A DNA stretch of 64,000 nucleotides from Leptogorgia sarmentosa (taxonomy: Eukaryota). Position 1 is the stretch's first letter, and each line of letters begins with the position of its first letter. The notes under the pieces are model-generated. The model was not told the origin of the DNA and did not search any database. It saw only the letters and a list, made by a program, of their open reading frames with translations. Location of the stretch: the NCBI GenBank assembly GCA_964658305.1, contig OZ210885.1, positions 21,824,001 through 21,888,000 on the forward strand, written 5' to 3'. Shown in pieces: positions 38,186 through 50,376 of this stretch. The position numbers were made by a program, and so were the translations under genes.

Positions 38186-41100
38186 CAGGGGCTCTGGAAG
38201 CAGCGGGTGTCCGGGTGTCCGAACACCCGCACTTTTTTGACTGCGGGTGTCCTATATATGCAGGACACCCGCAAAAAAATGCAGAACATCCTAAGGAATA
38301 TGTACGCCTTTTATTTCCTTATAAATTAGTACTTCTCAGTTCTCTCAAAGTAAATTGTCCTCATTGTCCTGGGTGAGGTTGCCGCGTGCCAGAAGTATTC
38401 TTAATATTGCGGCTTGTTGCCAGGCCTTTCTCGGTTTGATTACGTAAGCGGAAATGACAAACCGAAAACAAATATGGCGAATTCGAAGAAACGTTCTAAA
38501 CAAACCCTACTTTCGTTCAAAAAATTAAAAGCAAATGAATCAATCGAAACAAATTTTGAAGGAAGCGGAACAGATAATAATGAGCTATCGTCTTCTTCAA
38601 TGCTTGAATTAGCTCAAAATCAGGTAAGGTGTCAAATTCCATGCAGGATACTGAATACATTAAATATTAAAATATTCAAAATTATTCATAGATCACTGTC
38701 TGTCACTGTCACAGCGTAGTATTGTAGGCTCTATTTACCCTCCTATAACAAAATTATTTTGCCTGATTCTTACTGGTATTTGAGAAAACAAGATATTCTG
38801 ACATTTTTCTAGTTTTTGACAAAATAAAACAATGTAAACAGTAACAAAGGGCCATGATACCGCGTTACAGTGATCCAAAGTTCAAACTCTACGAAATCTA
38901 GCAATTTACACTTTACTACAGTTATTATCTTTAATTATCTAGAATTTCAGTTGTTATCTTTTAAATACCTGATATACATCTTGTGGTGTACGTAAAGGTA
39001 TATTGTGGCATTGTATCTGTTATATTTTCAGAAAATTCTAGAAAATCATGTACCCAATCAACCTAATACAGCTGATATCCCGACACTAATGGTCCGAAAC
39101 AATGGAAAACATGTAAACTTTGGCAAGGAATGGTTTACTCAACATCCATGGTTACACTACTTGGAAAGTGGAAAGTCTGTTCTTTGCTTTACCTGTGCTA
39201 CTGCTTATGCTAAAAATTTGCTAAACCTGGCAAATACTAAAGAACATGCATTTATAGTGACAGGATTCAAAGGCTGGACTAAAGCAAATGAACGGTTTAA
39301 ATTACATGAATCATCACATACTCATAGGTTTGCAACAGAACAAATAGAACACACTACTAAATCACTGGGAGTTAATGCTCAAGTTAACAGGCAACAACAA
39401 CAAGAGCAAGCAACCAATAGGGAGTGTCTGCGAATTCTAATGACTTCAATTCGGTATCTAGCAGCTCAAGGACTTGCACTTTTAGGCCATGAGAAACAAG
39501 ATAGCAATTTGTACAATTTGCTGTATCTCAGGGCAGAAGATTGTAAAGAGATTCAGGCGTGGCTTCAGAAAAAACGAAATTACCTGGATTCCTCAGTTCA
39601 GAATGAAATTCTAACACTATTTAGTAACGCTATTATTCGTGAGATCGTAAACAAAGTCAAAAGCATATCCAATATATTTTCCATTTCTGTTGATGGAACA
39701 AAAGACATTAGTGGAATTGAACAGGAAGCCGTGTGCATCCGCTACGTTGACGAGAACTTACTTCCCCAAGAGGACTTCTTGGGGTTTTATGAGTGCCAGC
39801 AGACAACAGGAGAATCAATTGCAAGAATTATTCAAGACGTTCTTTTACGCCTTGGGTTACCAATCAGTAACTTGCGAGGCCAAACGTATGATGGAGCTGC
39901 TAATATGTCTGGTGCTTACAGTGGATGCCAGGCAGGAATAGCAGAAATTCAGCCACTAGCGATGTACATCCATTGTGGAGCTCATTGTGGCAATTTAGTA
40001 GCCCAAGCTGCGCTGAATACGCAAACGAGTAGAGAACTTTGTACTGCTATGGATGTTCTGCAAGAACTTAGCAACTTATACAACCAATCGGGTAAAATCA
40101 AAACTAAAATGTCAGAGTTACTCCAAGAAGACTTGCAGCACCCAGCTTCCCCAAAGTCACTTGGTAAACTGTGCACAACAAGGTGGCTAACTAGAGTTGC
40201 AGCTATTAAAGCAGTGTTGTTGCAATATGAAACCACTTTGAAATCTCTAGATGAACTTGCAGAATCAGATGCAAGTATTAACACCAGAGCATCGGGGCTT
40301 TCAGAACAGCTTTCTGAAGCCAATACATACATTGGTCTCTATCTTTGTCAACTTATCTTCCAGAAAATGGAACGGTTAACGGGCCTTCTACAGACAAAAA
40401 GTTACACTATCAATGACATGAATAATCTTGTTGACCACATAAAATCCCAACTTCAAGACTTAAGAAGTGAAGATTTTTTTCACAACGAGTTTGAGAAATG
40501 TGTTCAGAAGTGTGATTCACTGGGGCTAGACAGTGCTAAGATCCCTCGCAAGAGAAGACCTCCTTCGCGTTTCACAGGGCATGGAGAGGCACATGTTGCA
40601 GAGACTGTTGAAGTGTATTTTCGCACCCAGTTCTATGCTGCAATAGACAATCTAATCACACAACTCACAGACAGATTTAATGGAAAAGGACTGCAAACCT
40701 ATCAAGCTCTTGAAGGGGTTCTTATAACGGGAAACATATCGGAAGCAAGTGAAGCCTTATTGAAAAAGTATGATTTTGATACTGAAATTCTGCGCATAGA
40801 GTTGAAGCATTTCCATAAAAAATTTTCACCAGTTTACTACGTTTGTGATGTCCGAAATAAACTATGTGGAATGACGGCGCTCGTCCGAGAGCTTTATGCA
40901 AATGTGGAGGAACTTTGCAAATTATTGCTGGTGTGCTCTCCTACGTCTAGTGAAGCTGAACGCAACTTCAGTAAGCTTCGTCGAATAAAGACGTGGCTGA
41001 GGAGTACCATGACTGCCACAAGGTTAAATGCCCTTGCTGTTTGTCATGCACACAAGGAGATACTTGATACGCTGGACATTGATGCAATTTGCAAGGCATT

Positions 41101-41473
41101 TGTTTGTAACGAACGGCGACAGAAACATTTTGGGCAATATTTGTGAATTGTAACTGTGTGTAACGAAGTTACACTGACAGTGTGTCATTGTTAACGCATA
41201 GTTCTTTTAAATATATATTTCATACCTATATTAAGCGAACAGAACAATGAAGTCGGAAAAAGAGAAAAGATACGGATAAACCATGCACATGTACATAAGA
41301 CGTAATCTAGGTTCATTTTGATGAAATAAAGTGTCGTTCAAAATAGAGAAAACAGCGTTAAGCGTTCTTAAAAGAAAAAGATGTGTGAAACGTATTTTTG
41401 GGGGAGGAGAGGGGTGGGGAGAATTGCCTAATAATTGGACACCCTCAACTTTCAAAAGCTTCCAGAGCCCCTG
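38186..41473 (+). mobile_element. Complete hAT DNA transposon (3288 bp)
   Basis: Perfect 16-bp TIR CAGGGGCTCTGGAAGC. Perfect 8-bp TSD CCTAAAGT (38178-38185 and 41474-41481). Confidence 0.96.
38474..41146 (+). CDS. hAT transposase (ZMYM1/DUF4371 type), intact; exons 38474-38623 and 39032-41146
   Basis: TTF-type Zn finger (W...PWL.Y...CFTC...H.S..H), QGLALLGH, SVDGTKD, QTYDGAANMSG, HCGAH, TRW, SEAERNFSKL, RLNAL. Phase-0 GT-AG intron. Confidence 0.92.
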
Positions 41474-43802
41474 CCTAAAGTGATGGAATAATTTGAATTA
41501 ATACAGTAGGCCTGTATTCTGTACCATATTTTATAATCACGTGAGCTGAAAGCTGTCCACGAATAACATTCATGCATTCACGAATAAGTGATATAATATA
41601 ATTTCCCCTCACCTGAAACACTTAACCCAAAGGTCGACATTCGCCTTTCCACAGTACGACAACTCACTTGCAAGATGTTGCTAATTTCACGCACTTTGAA
41701 GCCTTGCTCAAGCAAGTGTGAAAGTTCTTCTTCGGTTATGTCGTATGATGGTCTTCCACGTTGACCTGTCATGTTCAGTGAGGACCTGTAGCCAGTATTG
41801 AAATTCAGCCGCCTATTGTCGTCGATCTCTGACAACTTTCGACAAGCTAATCCAACCAGCTCCATCACAGTTTCATCGATATCAAGACCAACAACAAGTC
41901 GTTGCAAGTAGTCCAGTTTGAATAATAGTGGTTGTAAGTCGGTTGTTTCATCACATGAAGATTGAAATCGATCCAAAGCACGAACAGCATCATGTATTGC
42001 GGCTAACAAATAACGGCTGTCCGCCACACTGAGCTGGTCCGCCATTTTTATTTGTGTATTCCCGTGCTTAGTGTGATCGCAGCTTCGCTGTGTTTTCCCT
42101 AGAAGGGGGGGAATAGGATCTTATCGTATTTCCTTAGGGGGTTAGGGAAGGTAACTGATGAGCCCACGATTGACACTTTTTTGCTGGATTGCGGTTGGAT
42201 GAAGAATACGCAAACTTGAATGCCGAATTGAAACACCAATGGAGAATACCGAAACAATGTTGCTTAAGGTAGTGAGCAAATTAAATGGTAATTAAATGGT
42301 AGAATATGTTGAGTTAACTTGAATTTGTTACCTTGAATTAAGTTAACTTGAATTAAGTTAACTTGAATGTGGAATACAGAAACTTGAATGTCGAATTGAA
42401 ACTTCAGTAGAGAATACAAACAATGTTGCCTAAGGTAGTGAGCAAATTAAAAGGTTGAATGCATTAAAGCGAAACTTGAATCTGGAATACAAAATGTTAA
42501 ATGTAGAACGAACAAAACAATGCCAAATACACAAACTTTAATTTAAAATGTAAAACATGAATTTTGGCAGAGAATTAACGTCATAGTTATCTAGGTATGT
42601 ATCTCAGCCTTCGGCAGATAACACAAACCTCGGCCTGAATAATTCCTCATATCCTACTCGGCCTCATTCAATAATTGTTTAATAATAGATCTCCATATAT
42701 TCTAATTACATTCAAACAGAAACTAATTCTTTATACTGAAGAACTTTAATAAGTTACAAAAGTACTTGTTTCTAACCTGAGAAACAAAGTAATGAAACTC
42801 ATTTCTCTTCGAATTGTTCGAATACTTGACATACAATTTTCACTTCAAACTATACTTAAAAACATTTTATTGACATTCCCAACAATGTATTGCTTATCTT
42901 TAATATTTTTATACAGTGCCGCGTTTTTGCCATTTTAAAGTAAAGGTGTGATATGAGAATTAGTCTGCAACTCAAACGGAAATGCATGTGAACTTCCTTT
43001 TTCTTCATTACCTATTCTATAGAAATTTTTTATTTTCACATATGTTATTCAGAAAACACTGATATATCATACAATGTATAGCTTGGCCTGGGGACCGAAT
43101 GATATCAATACGTTTTTTTTTACTTTGAACATTGATGTAATATGATGCGTTTCGGAGGAATGTGCATGTTAAATTTCAAGTCTTTTTCTCACTTCATTCT
43201 AGCCATAGATTTTTCATTTTGCAATATATTATACATATTTCAATGATAATTACAACAATGTATTGCTTGTCCTTAAGATTTTTATACACTGCTGTGTTTT
43301 TGCCATTTTAAAGTAAAGGTGTGATATGAGAATTAGTCTGCAACTCAAACAGAAATGTAAAATAAAATAAAACAGTAGCCATCATGTCTTCAACTTAGAA
43401 AAAGATGCCTTTGACGAAAACCAGACATTTACTGACCGTAATGTTAGCAAAACTGTAAATAAAACTATATGATTAACTACCTGAAAGATTATATACATCC
43501 TTCAAACAAAGGATTTGAATTATCAGTATGATTGCACCAACTAATTGACACATTGCAGTTCGAATATTAATGCTGTAATTACTATTTTTTTACAATCCTT
43601 TTAGAACGAATATGTCATCATTGCAAAAAGAAGGGCCACATAAAAAGAGCTTGTCCATTTTTCAAAAATGACCGCAAAAGAAAAAGAGGGTCATGTGGAG
43701 CATAGGCGTAGAGTTGGGGGGGGGGCTCTGGGGCTCGGTAAGCACAGCTTTCACTTTGTATTACTGTTGTCCCGTGTCGTTTCATGAATAAACCATGAGG
43801 TT

Positions 43803-46013
43803 ATGGAGAAATTTGTCATCAGAAAACGGAAACAAACAAATCCGGTTGTTGAAGCTGAACAGTCCAACAATGGTTCCGAAGACATTGATGTGCCGATACG
43901 TTCAGTCGGTTCACATGCAGAACTTGATGCAGAGCTTGAGAGTGAGAATGACTTAAATGGTACTGGTACTGGCAGTGACACTATACTAATACAGAAGGCC
44001 AAGAGAAAATGTGGGACCGGGAGAACTTTCCAAGAAAGCTGGAAGCAAAAGTTTAACTGGTTATTGTACGAGAATGAAAAGCAGAGAGTGTTTTGTGGTA
44101 TATGCAAAACCGCACGGGATAACGACATGCCATTACCCACTTCTTCAACACAGTTGTCTTCAATCAAGTGTTCTGTTGAAGATGGATTTAGCAACTGGAA
44201 AAAGGCGCTAGAGAAATTTCAGTCACACGAAAAATCGGATTTTCATCGAGCTGCAGTTTCATTGACATCTTCAAAGGAAAAACAGTCAGTTTCACAATTG
44301 ATTAGCAGCGGTCATGCAAAACAAATGGAAGAGAATAGAATTGCGTTATTAAAAATATTCACAACTCTTCAATACCTTGGTCGTCAAGGGCTCCCCGTTA
44401 GAGGTAAGGTTGAAGAAGAATCGAACTTAATCGTTTTACTCAAGGAAAGAGCTGATGATGTTGCCGAACTTCATCAATGGTTATAGAGAAAGGAGAAATA
44501 TAAGTGGTTATCACCAGAAATTACCAATGAGATCTTGAAAATGTTTAGCCATGCAATTTTGCAACAATTGAAACATGAAGTGATAACAATTAATGGTGGA
44601 TATTACGGTATTATTCTTGATGGGACTGCTGATATAGCCAATCAGGAACAGATAAGCATTTCCTTTCGTGTTGTCCAGGAAAATTTTTTGATTGAAGAGC
44701 TATTCCTTGGATTTTATCAAACATCGATTACTTCCAGTGATGCAATATATGCCATTGTGAAAGATGTACTCTTACGATTCCAGTTTCCTATTAAGAAGTG
44801 CAGAGGACAGTGCTATGATGGGGCAGCTAATGTTTCTGGTCACATCAGTGGTTTGCGAACAAGAATTCTTCAAGATGAAAGTCGAGCAACATATGTTCAT
44901 TGTCGTGCACATAAGCTCAATCTAGCAGTCCAAGATGCAATGAAAAACAACAAAGAAATTAGAGATATACTCAACCTGATTAGAGAATTAATTGCCTTCA
45001 TTTGTGGTTCTCCCAAACGTTTAGCTTGGTTTAGACAATTTAACGAGAGTGATGGATTCAGTGGTGCCGGGAAGTCACTTAGGCCGTTTTGCCCAACTCG
45101 GTGGACAATGAGATTGGTTTCACTTGAAGCAATCTGCAGTAATTACATACCTATTCTTAAGTGGTTAAACGAGGTAGATGCAACACAAAAGGACGACTCT
45201 GGTGCCAAAGCAAGTGGCTTTTTAGAGTGTCTCTCAAAATTTAACACTTTTTTCCTGATTGAATTTCTTAGAATAGTCTTCACCATTATCGAGGGTGGAA
45301 GCTCTAACTTGCAAGGAAAACAACTCTCCTTTAGCAAATCTGAAGAAGTAATTAAGTCCATTAAAGAATCTGTTTCAAATGCCAGGAATGAAACTCATTT
45401 TTCCAACATTTGGCATGCCAGTCAAAGAGTGATAACTCTTACTGACTTAATTGAAGAGCCTCATTTGCCCAGGCAGCAAAGGATTCCCAGAAGGTTAGAG
45501 GATGGGGCTGGGAATCCTTTTATCCCTTCAACACCTCAAGAATTTTACAAGATTAAATACTTTACAATATTGGATATTGTACTGGCAGGATTAACTGAAA
45601 GATTTGAGCCAGATGAAACATGCAGACATCTTACTGGGGTTGAAGACTTTCTACTTGGAAAAGAAGTAGATGTTAATTATATTGTACAGCATTATCGGGA
45701 AGATGTAAATGGTCCAGGGCTTAAATTGCATAGGGACATGCTTGTTGACAGAGCTTCTGCAGATCACAAAACCCTTGAAGATTTTCAGTCTATTGTTACA
45801 TTTTTGTCTAAAAATGCCACCTTCAGGGGTATTATTTCCGAAGTAAGTTCTCTTATTAGAATTGTACTTACACTTCCAGTGTCAAGCTGCTCTGCAGAGA
45901 GGTCATTCTCGGGACTAAGACGTTTGAAAACCTATCTGCGATCAAGAATGACTCAAGAACGCTTAAATTCAGTTATGCTTATGAATACGCACAAGGACAT
46001 TTTGGTTGTTTAA
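43803..46013 (+). pseudogene. hAT transposase (ZMYM1 type) with an in-frame stop at 44484
   Basis: RTFQESW...CGIC...H.KS..H, RQGLPVRG, ILDGTAD, QCYDGAANVSG, HCRAH, PTRW, SAERSFSGL. Confidence 0.92.
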
Positions 46014-46581
46014 ATATTGATAATCTTGTTGACAATTTCATTTGTAAGTCTATCCAATAAATAGACTCAAATAGTCAAATAGGATTACTTTAAGCTCTGG
46101 TACGTTTAAGTTTTGTTAGTACATTTTGTTAAATTCTGGTGGTTTAAGTAAGTTCTAGTTAAAATGTTTGCAAATGTTGTATTACAATTCACCTATATTT
46201 TTCACACCCCCTAAACCCTTAAGAGTTAAGGATGTTTGTTGCTTGTACTACAGTAGTCGATGTTAGGGGGCTTTAATTTATTAGAGCATAGGGGGGGTTG
46301 GCAAAATTGCAGGGGGGGGGGTTAAGTACTTTTCAAATGTTCAAGAGGGGGGGTTATACAATCTTTAAATATACATAGAGGGGGGTATACAATCTTTAAA
46401 TATACATATGCAGTTAGGGGGGTGTTGCTTAAAAGTTACAAAATAACAATAGTATTTTAAAATGTTCAGTCATATTGTGAACAAATGTGTCTATTCTGGC
46501 ATATTCCTGTTTTTTATTAACGCTAAAATATTTACTATGCTACAAAATATGCATATGGAGGTGCATGCAAATTGATGTTTT

Positions 46582-49500
46582 TCACGCCTGTTCTGCTTCG
46601 TCGGCATCAGTCGAATCGGTATTGTTAAAGTCTGAGTCGGAAGGCCATGTTTCATTTAAATCTAGCAACTCATTTTCAGAATCACTGTCGTTTTCACTAG
46701 ATGGTACCTCGTCCGCAACAACTACTCCTTCACAATATACATTCTTATTAAAGTGAGATATAATCATCTTGATCTTGTCCTTTTTTGTTCGCTTATTTAA
46801 TGGGAGTTTATACGCCTTCAAGTACTTATCCAGCTCGTACACAAGCAGATCGCTTAACTTTCCCTCTTCAATCAATGCTTTCCAATCATAGTCGGCGAAT
46901 TTTTTTTCCCTTTTTTCCTTTGTTCTTTTCTTTCTTTCTTCGTTCCGTAAATTTGCAGCAACTGCGTTCTCTTGTATATGCTTCACAGCCTCAATTACTT
47001 GTGTCTCCGGAATTATGAACTTCTTTGAGAAAACTTCAATACTGTTGTCGCCAAGGATTAACTTCTTGTCCTTCACTAGTTTTTTAATATTTGCCCTCGG
47101 CTGCATGTCATCAGGGGATCTTGGTTTGCCATCTATTTTCATCGGAGTGTCAAACACGTCAAGATAATGAAAGTCATCTTTATTGTAATTGGGAAATGGT
47201 CTAGGAATGTGACCACAGGATGGTCCAACAAAATTGTGCTCTTTGCACCAGTCACACAACTGATTTTTCTTCTCAAGACAGCCATGCTTAACATACTCAC
47301 GGTATAGCTCACCAGACTCAGTATGATCACAATCAAACTCGATAATCTTCTGCATGTAATAACCAGGAATTTTTTCCTTTGTATCTGCACTTTGTGTTTT
47401 ATAAAACCTCTCCAGATATTCCTTGTTCCAAAAGAAAGCATCTGAAGGGCGAATAGCAACAAATCCTTTCATATATTCTCCCATACATGGAGCACCATCG
47501 ACTCTTAAAGCAACCTCACGAGCCACGCACCATGCATTTTTCTTGTCTCTTAGTTCTTCACATAAGTTGTAGTCCTCTAGTGTTAATCCCGTGATTTCTT
47601 CACTTGTCAAATTTTCAAATCTCTTGTGTTTCTCCCACTCAAATGTGCTACCATCACAAACAGCATTACTGACACCAGAGTTGGTTTGTTCGGCTTCATT
47701 TTGACCAGAATCTCCTCTTGAGCCATGCAAAATTATTCGCATGTCTGCATTTGAAATTCTTGCCACTTCTGCCATTCTAAACTGAACCTCGTGGTTTCCA
47801 CAACCAACACCTGGACCACTATCAGCACGAATACACTGTCTGGATTTCATCACAGGAAGTTCAAGCTCCTCAATCTGTGTCACTACTTTCTGTAAAGACT
47901 TAACGAGTCTTTTGTGGTCACCTTGCACTGAATGATAGCTTACAGTTTTGCTTTTTGCAAGGTTTGTATGAAGTGTAACACATTCTTTCACAACATCACG
48001 TACTCTTAGGATATCTGAGAGTGTTTTCATCTCCATTTCTCTCTTCTCTGGCAGATTTTCGTATTGTTCCAATGCCAGTTCTACCCTGCGCTTTAAGTGG
48101 GCTACTCTCTTTTCTTTGTAGATGGTGTATTCTTCGTTGTCGCCACTTCTTTTGAAATCTTCAGCTACATTTGTGTCTAAGTAATAGAAACAATCATCTC
48201 TTAACCTTTTACACAGCGTGGTGAATTCAGAAGAGTATTTGCTGTCACTTGCATGGTAGATATCGGTGGTATGCCTCAATTCCATTTCCTCGTTTGCCCA
48301 CGTAGTACCCGATGAATCAACATAATGCTTTGGTCTGCAAAATACATAATGCTCATCAGAGTCATTAACCAACTTTTCTTTTTCATCAACTGTGATGCTT
48401 TTCATCGTAAACATTCTGTGAGCCCCTGGTGCACAGTACATCTTTGACTCGGGAAAATCGTATTTTGGTAAAACCCGCGCGTTTTCCTTCGCAACCGGGG
48501 TCAAAATCTTTTGCGTCCGTGATCCTTCGAATCCAACAGAAGTTCCGGGACGAAGAAAGGCATGGTCATCTCGGCTTTCAATAATCGCAAACTTTTGAGC
48601 ATTTTCTGGGACTTTTGAAGAGAAGAGAAATCTTTTCATATTTTTTATGTGAGAACGTTGATGGTGGGTGTTTTCGTTGTCCAAATCCTCTGCTTTTGGG
48701 GGCTTTTTGCAGCTCCACAGACCCTTTCCTACATGTCTTGAAGCCTGGATGGTTCCAAGCCGTCTTGGTTTTGACCGATTCCATATTGCAGTGGTACTCC
48801 GTAGAGGGGCTTTGCCTTTGTCTGCTCTCCGTTTATTAGGTATTTTAAGCAGGTTTTTGCACTTTACTCTTCTATTAATGAACATTGTTGTCTCCTTCCT
48901 TCGACCATGATATGTGGCTTTTGATTCAATACATCTTGCTACAAAGGTCTCTTCATCTATGGCATTAGGTCTCCCTTGCCCCAGCTTTCTCCTTTTAATT
49001 TGCTTCTTCTCATTTATATTCTTTGCTTCTCTAATAACTTTTAACTTAAAGCTAGTTGAATCAGAGCTTTTAAGTTCGTCTTCCAACTTTGCTTTATGGT
49101 TTTGGAGATCTTCAATCTCATCTTCAAGCTCGTCAATAACAGTTTGATCCCAAGTGCGTTTTCGTTTATTGACTTGATTCTGTCGTTCTTCTGCTTTCTC
49201 CTGAATGCACTTTGTTTTCTCTTTTAGCTTTTGCTCTACCTTAGTTTGGGCTTCAACAACTGCACTTTCACATTCCTCTATAATCTTTAAATTCTTATCT
49301 GTTTGTCGTACAACTTTTTGTGGGTCAACACCCGCCTTTCTCATTTGTGAATGGGACATATTCACAGAAAAGATCCATTTTGCAATGTTGCGATCGTACT
49401 CTGTGTCCATAGTTCGTGTAATCTGTTTCAGAGTGTTCTTGCCTAAATGGAATCTTTCCTGTTGGTTACCCATGCTTTGTTCCTGAAGTTGTTTACTATG

Positions 49501-50007
49501 AATCAGTAAACCTGGTAAATCTACTATGTTCTTAAGAACTATGTATCTAACATTTACTATCTTGACAATGTTCACTGAAAGTCCGATCTGTTCATCCAGG
49601 ATGTCAAGAGTGAATCTACTTTCATCAACTTGTTCAAATAATATTTGCGAAGAGTATAACTGAAAGGCATCCTTGAATGTCAAGAAACCTATAACAGCAG
49701 ATCGAGTTTCTTTATCTGCTTCCAAGTAATCTGGGAAGTTTCCTCTTGGCATCAGGAGATGATTAAGTACGTCCCTCAATCCCAGCAATCTTTGTAGTTT
49801 ATATTCAGGTCGCGTACTTCTTTCTTTCCTTGTCCACTCATATTCAAACGAATTTAACCTTTCCAGGTTTACAAAAGGATCAGTGCAAGGACAGAGAGAT
49901 ACTTTTATTTCAGGATCGTCTGGATGGGTAGAATATTTCCTTGTCTCTGACCTTCCGAGCTTGTGACCTATTGTTTGTACGCTGTTTGCCATTTTTAATA
50001 TATCCAA
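46582..50007 (-). CDS. Large DDE transposase, Zator/TP36-like, with C-terminal SAP-like motif and acidic tail (1141 aa)
   Basis: ESRDDHAFLRPG, VLPKYDF, IRADSGPG and GDSGQNEAEQ parallel the Zator motifs SxDDK, LPDHDF, DGGP and PGxSxxNxVER. C-terminal DW....GKL..L.V.EL..YL....L......K.D.I..I..H is SAP-like. Confidence 0.7.
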   Translation of the reverse strand: MDILKMANSVQTIGHKLGRSETRKYSTHPDDPEIKVSLCPCTDPFVNLERLNSFEYEWTRKERSTRPEYKLQRLLGLRDVLNHLLMPRGNFPDYLEADKETRSAVIGFLTFKDAFQLYSSQILFEQVDESRFTLDILDEQIGLSVNIVKIVNVRYIVLKNIVDLPGLLIHSKQLQEQSMGNQQERFHLGKNTLKQITRTMDTEYDRNIAKWIFSVNMSHSQMRKAGVDPQKVVRQTDKNLKIIEECESAVVEAQTKVEQKLKEKTKCIQEKAEERQNQVNKRKRTWDQTVIDELEDEIEDLQNHKAKLEDELKSSDSTSFKLKVIREAKNINEKKQIKRRKLGQGRPNAIDEETFVARCIESKATYHGRRKETTMFINRRVKCKNLLKIPNKRRADKGKAPLRSTTAIWNRSKPRRLGTIQASRHVGKGLWSCKKPPKAEDLDNENTHHQRSHIKNMKRFLFSSKVPENAQKFAIIESRDDHAFLRPGTSVGFEGSRTQKILTPVAKENARVLPKYDFPESKMYCAPGAHRMFTMKSITVDEKEKLVNDSDEHYVFCRPKHYVDSSGTTWANEEMELRHTTDIYHASDSKYSSEFTTLCKRLRDDCFYYLDTNVAEDFKRSGDNEEYTIYKEKRVAHLKRRVELALEQYENLPEKREMEMKTLSDILRVRDVVKECVTLHTNLAKSKTVSYHSVQGDHKRLVKSLQKVVTQIEELELPVMKSRQCIRADSGPGVGCGNHEVQFRMAEVARISNADMRIILHGSRGDSGQNEAEQTNSGVSNAVCDGSTFEWEKHKRFENLTSEEITGLTLEDYNLCEELRDKKNAWCVAREVALRVDGAPCMGEYMKGFVAIRPSDAFFWNKEYLERFYKTQSADTKEKIPGYYMQKIIEFDCDHTESGELYREYVKHGCLEKKNQLCDWCKEHNFVGPSCGHIPRPFPNYNKDDFHYLDVFDTPMKIDGKPRSPDDMQPRANIKKLVKDKKLILGDNSIEVFSKKFIIPETQVIEAVKHIQENAVAANLRNEERKKRTKEKREKKFADYDWKALIEEGKLSDLLVYELDKYLKAYKLPLNKRTKKDKIKMIISHFNKNVYCEGVVVADEVPSSENDSDSENELLDLNETWPSDSDFNNTDSTDADEAEQA

Positions 50008-50376
50008 ATTTTAATTGTTTTCAAAGTGTAAAATATTTTAATATTTAAAAATTTTTTTTAAAAAAAACTTTGATGCTCCCAATCAAGTCACGTGTACACA
50101 CGAAAAATTCCTCGGTGAAGGAAATCTTGGCATTCTGAGATATGGGATAGAAACTAAGTTTGATTATATTCGTATCGTATTCTTCACGCACAGAAGGTTT
50201 ATAATAGGGTTGGGATTAGGATCAAAATGAAGGAAAAATACATCGTCATGCACGAACGATATTAACAACCAAGGATTTTGCCCGAAATTCTGAAAGACAT
50301 TTTTCGATAAAAAGGAAATTTTTACCAAATGAGGAAGGAATTTTACTTCTTTGTGCTCATATAATGAATATTCAAT

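Larger units (their letters stand above)
32481..42045 (-). pseudogene. IS3EU-like DDE transposase A, multi-exon, interrupted by Kolobok and hAT insertions
   Basis: Exons 42045-41613 (GRPSYDI, HTH), 38178-~37910 (RRHYSV.YPLSL/WHIDGNHKL, 1-nt frameshift), ~37667-37435 ([18 protein letters not shown]), ~33318-33000 (GKSTH, HHPSSTE..SPMQLW) and ~32670-32481 (YGIDWQGP, VEVPE). Confidence 0.85.
13537..42585 (-). mobile_element. IS3EU-like element A (reconstructed outer element: HECT A plus transposase A)
   Basis: Same convergent layout as the other elements. AACTTGAAT-rich subterminal repeats at ~42215-42500. Candidate terminus ...AACGTCATA at 42585. Left terminus not found, and joining the two HECT halves is inference. 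Confidence 0.5.

Noticed and set aside
39005..46013. ZMYM1 host genes
   Set aside because: Both ORFs are bounded by hAT TIRs and 8-bp TSDs, so they are transposases.
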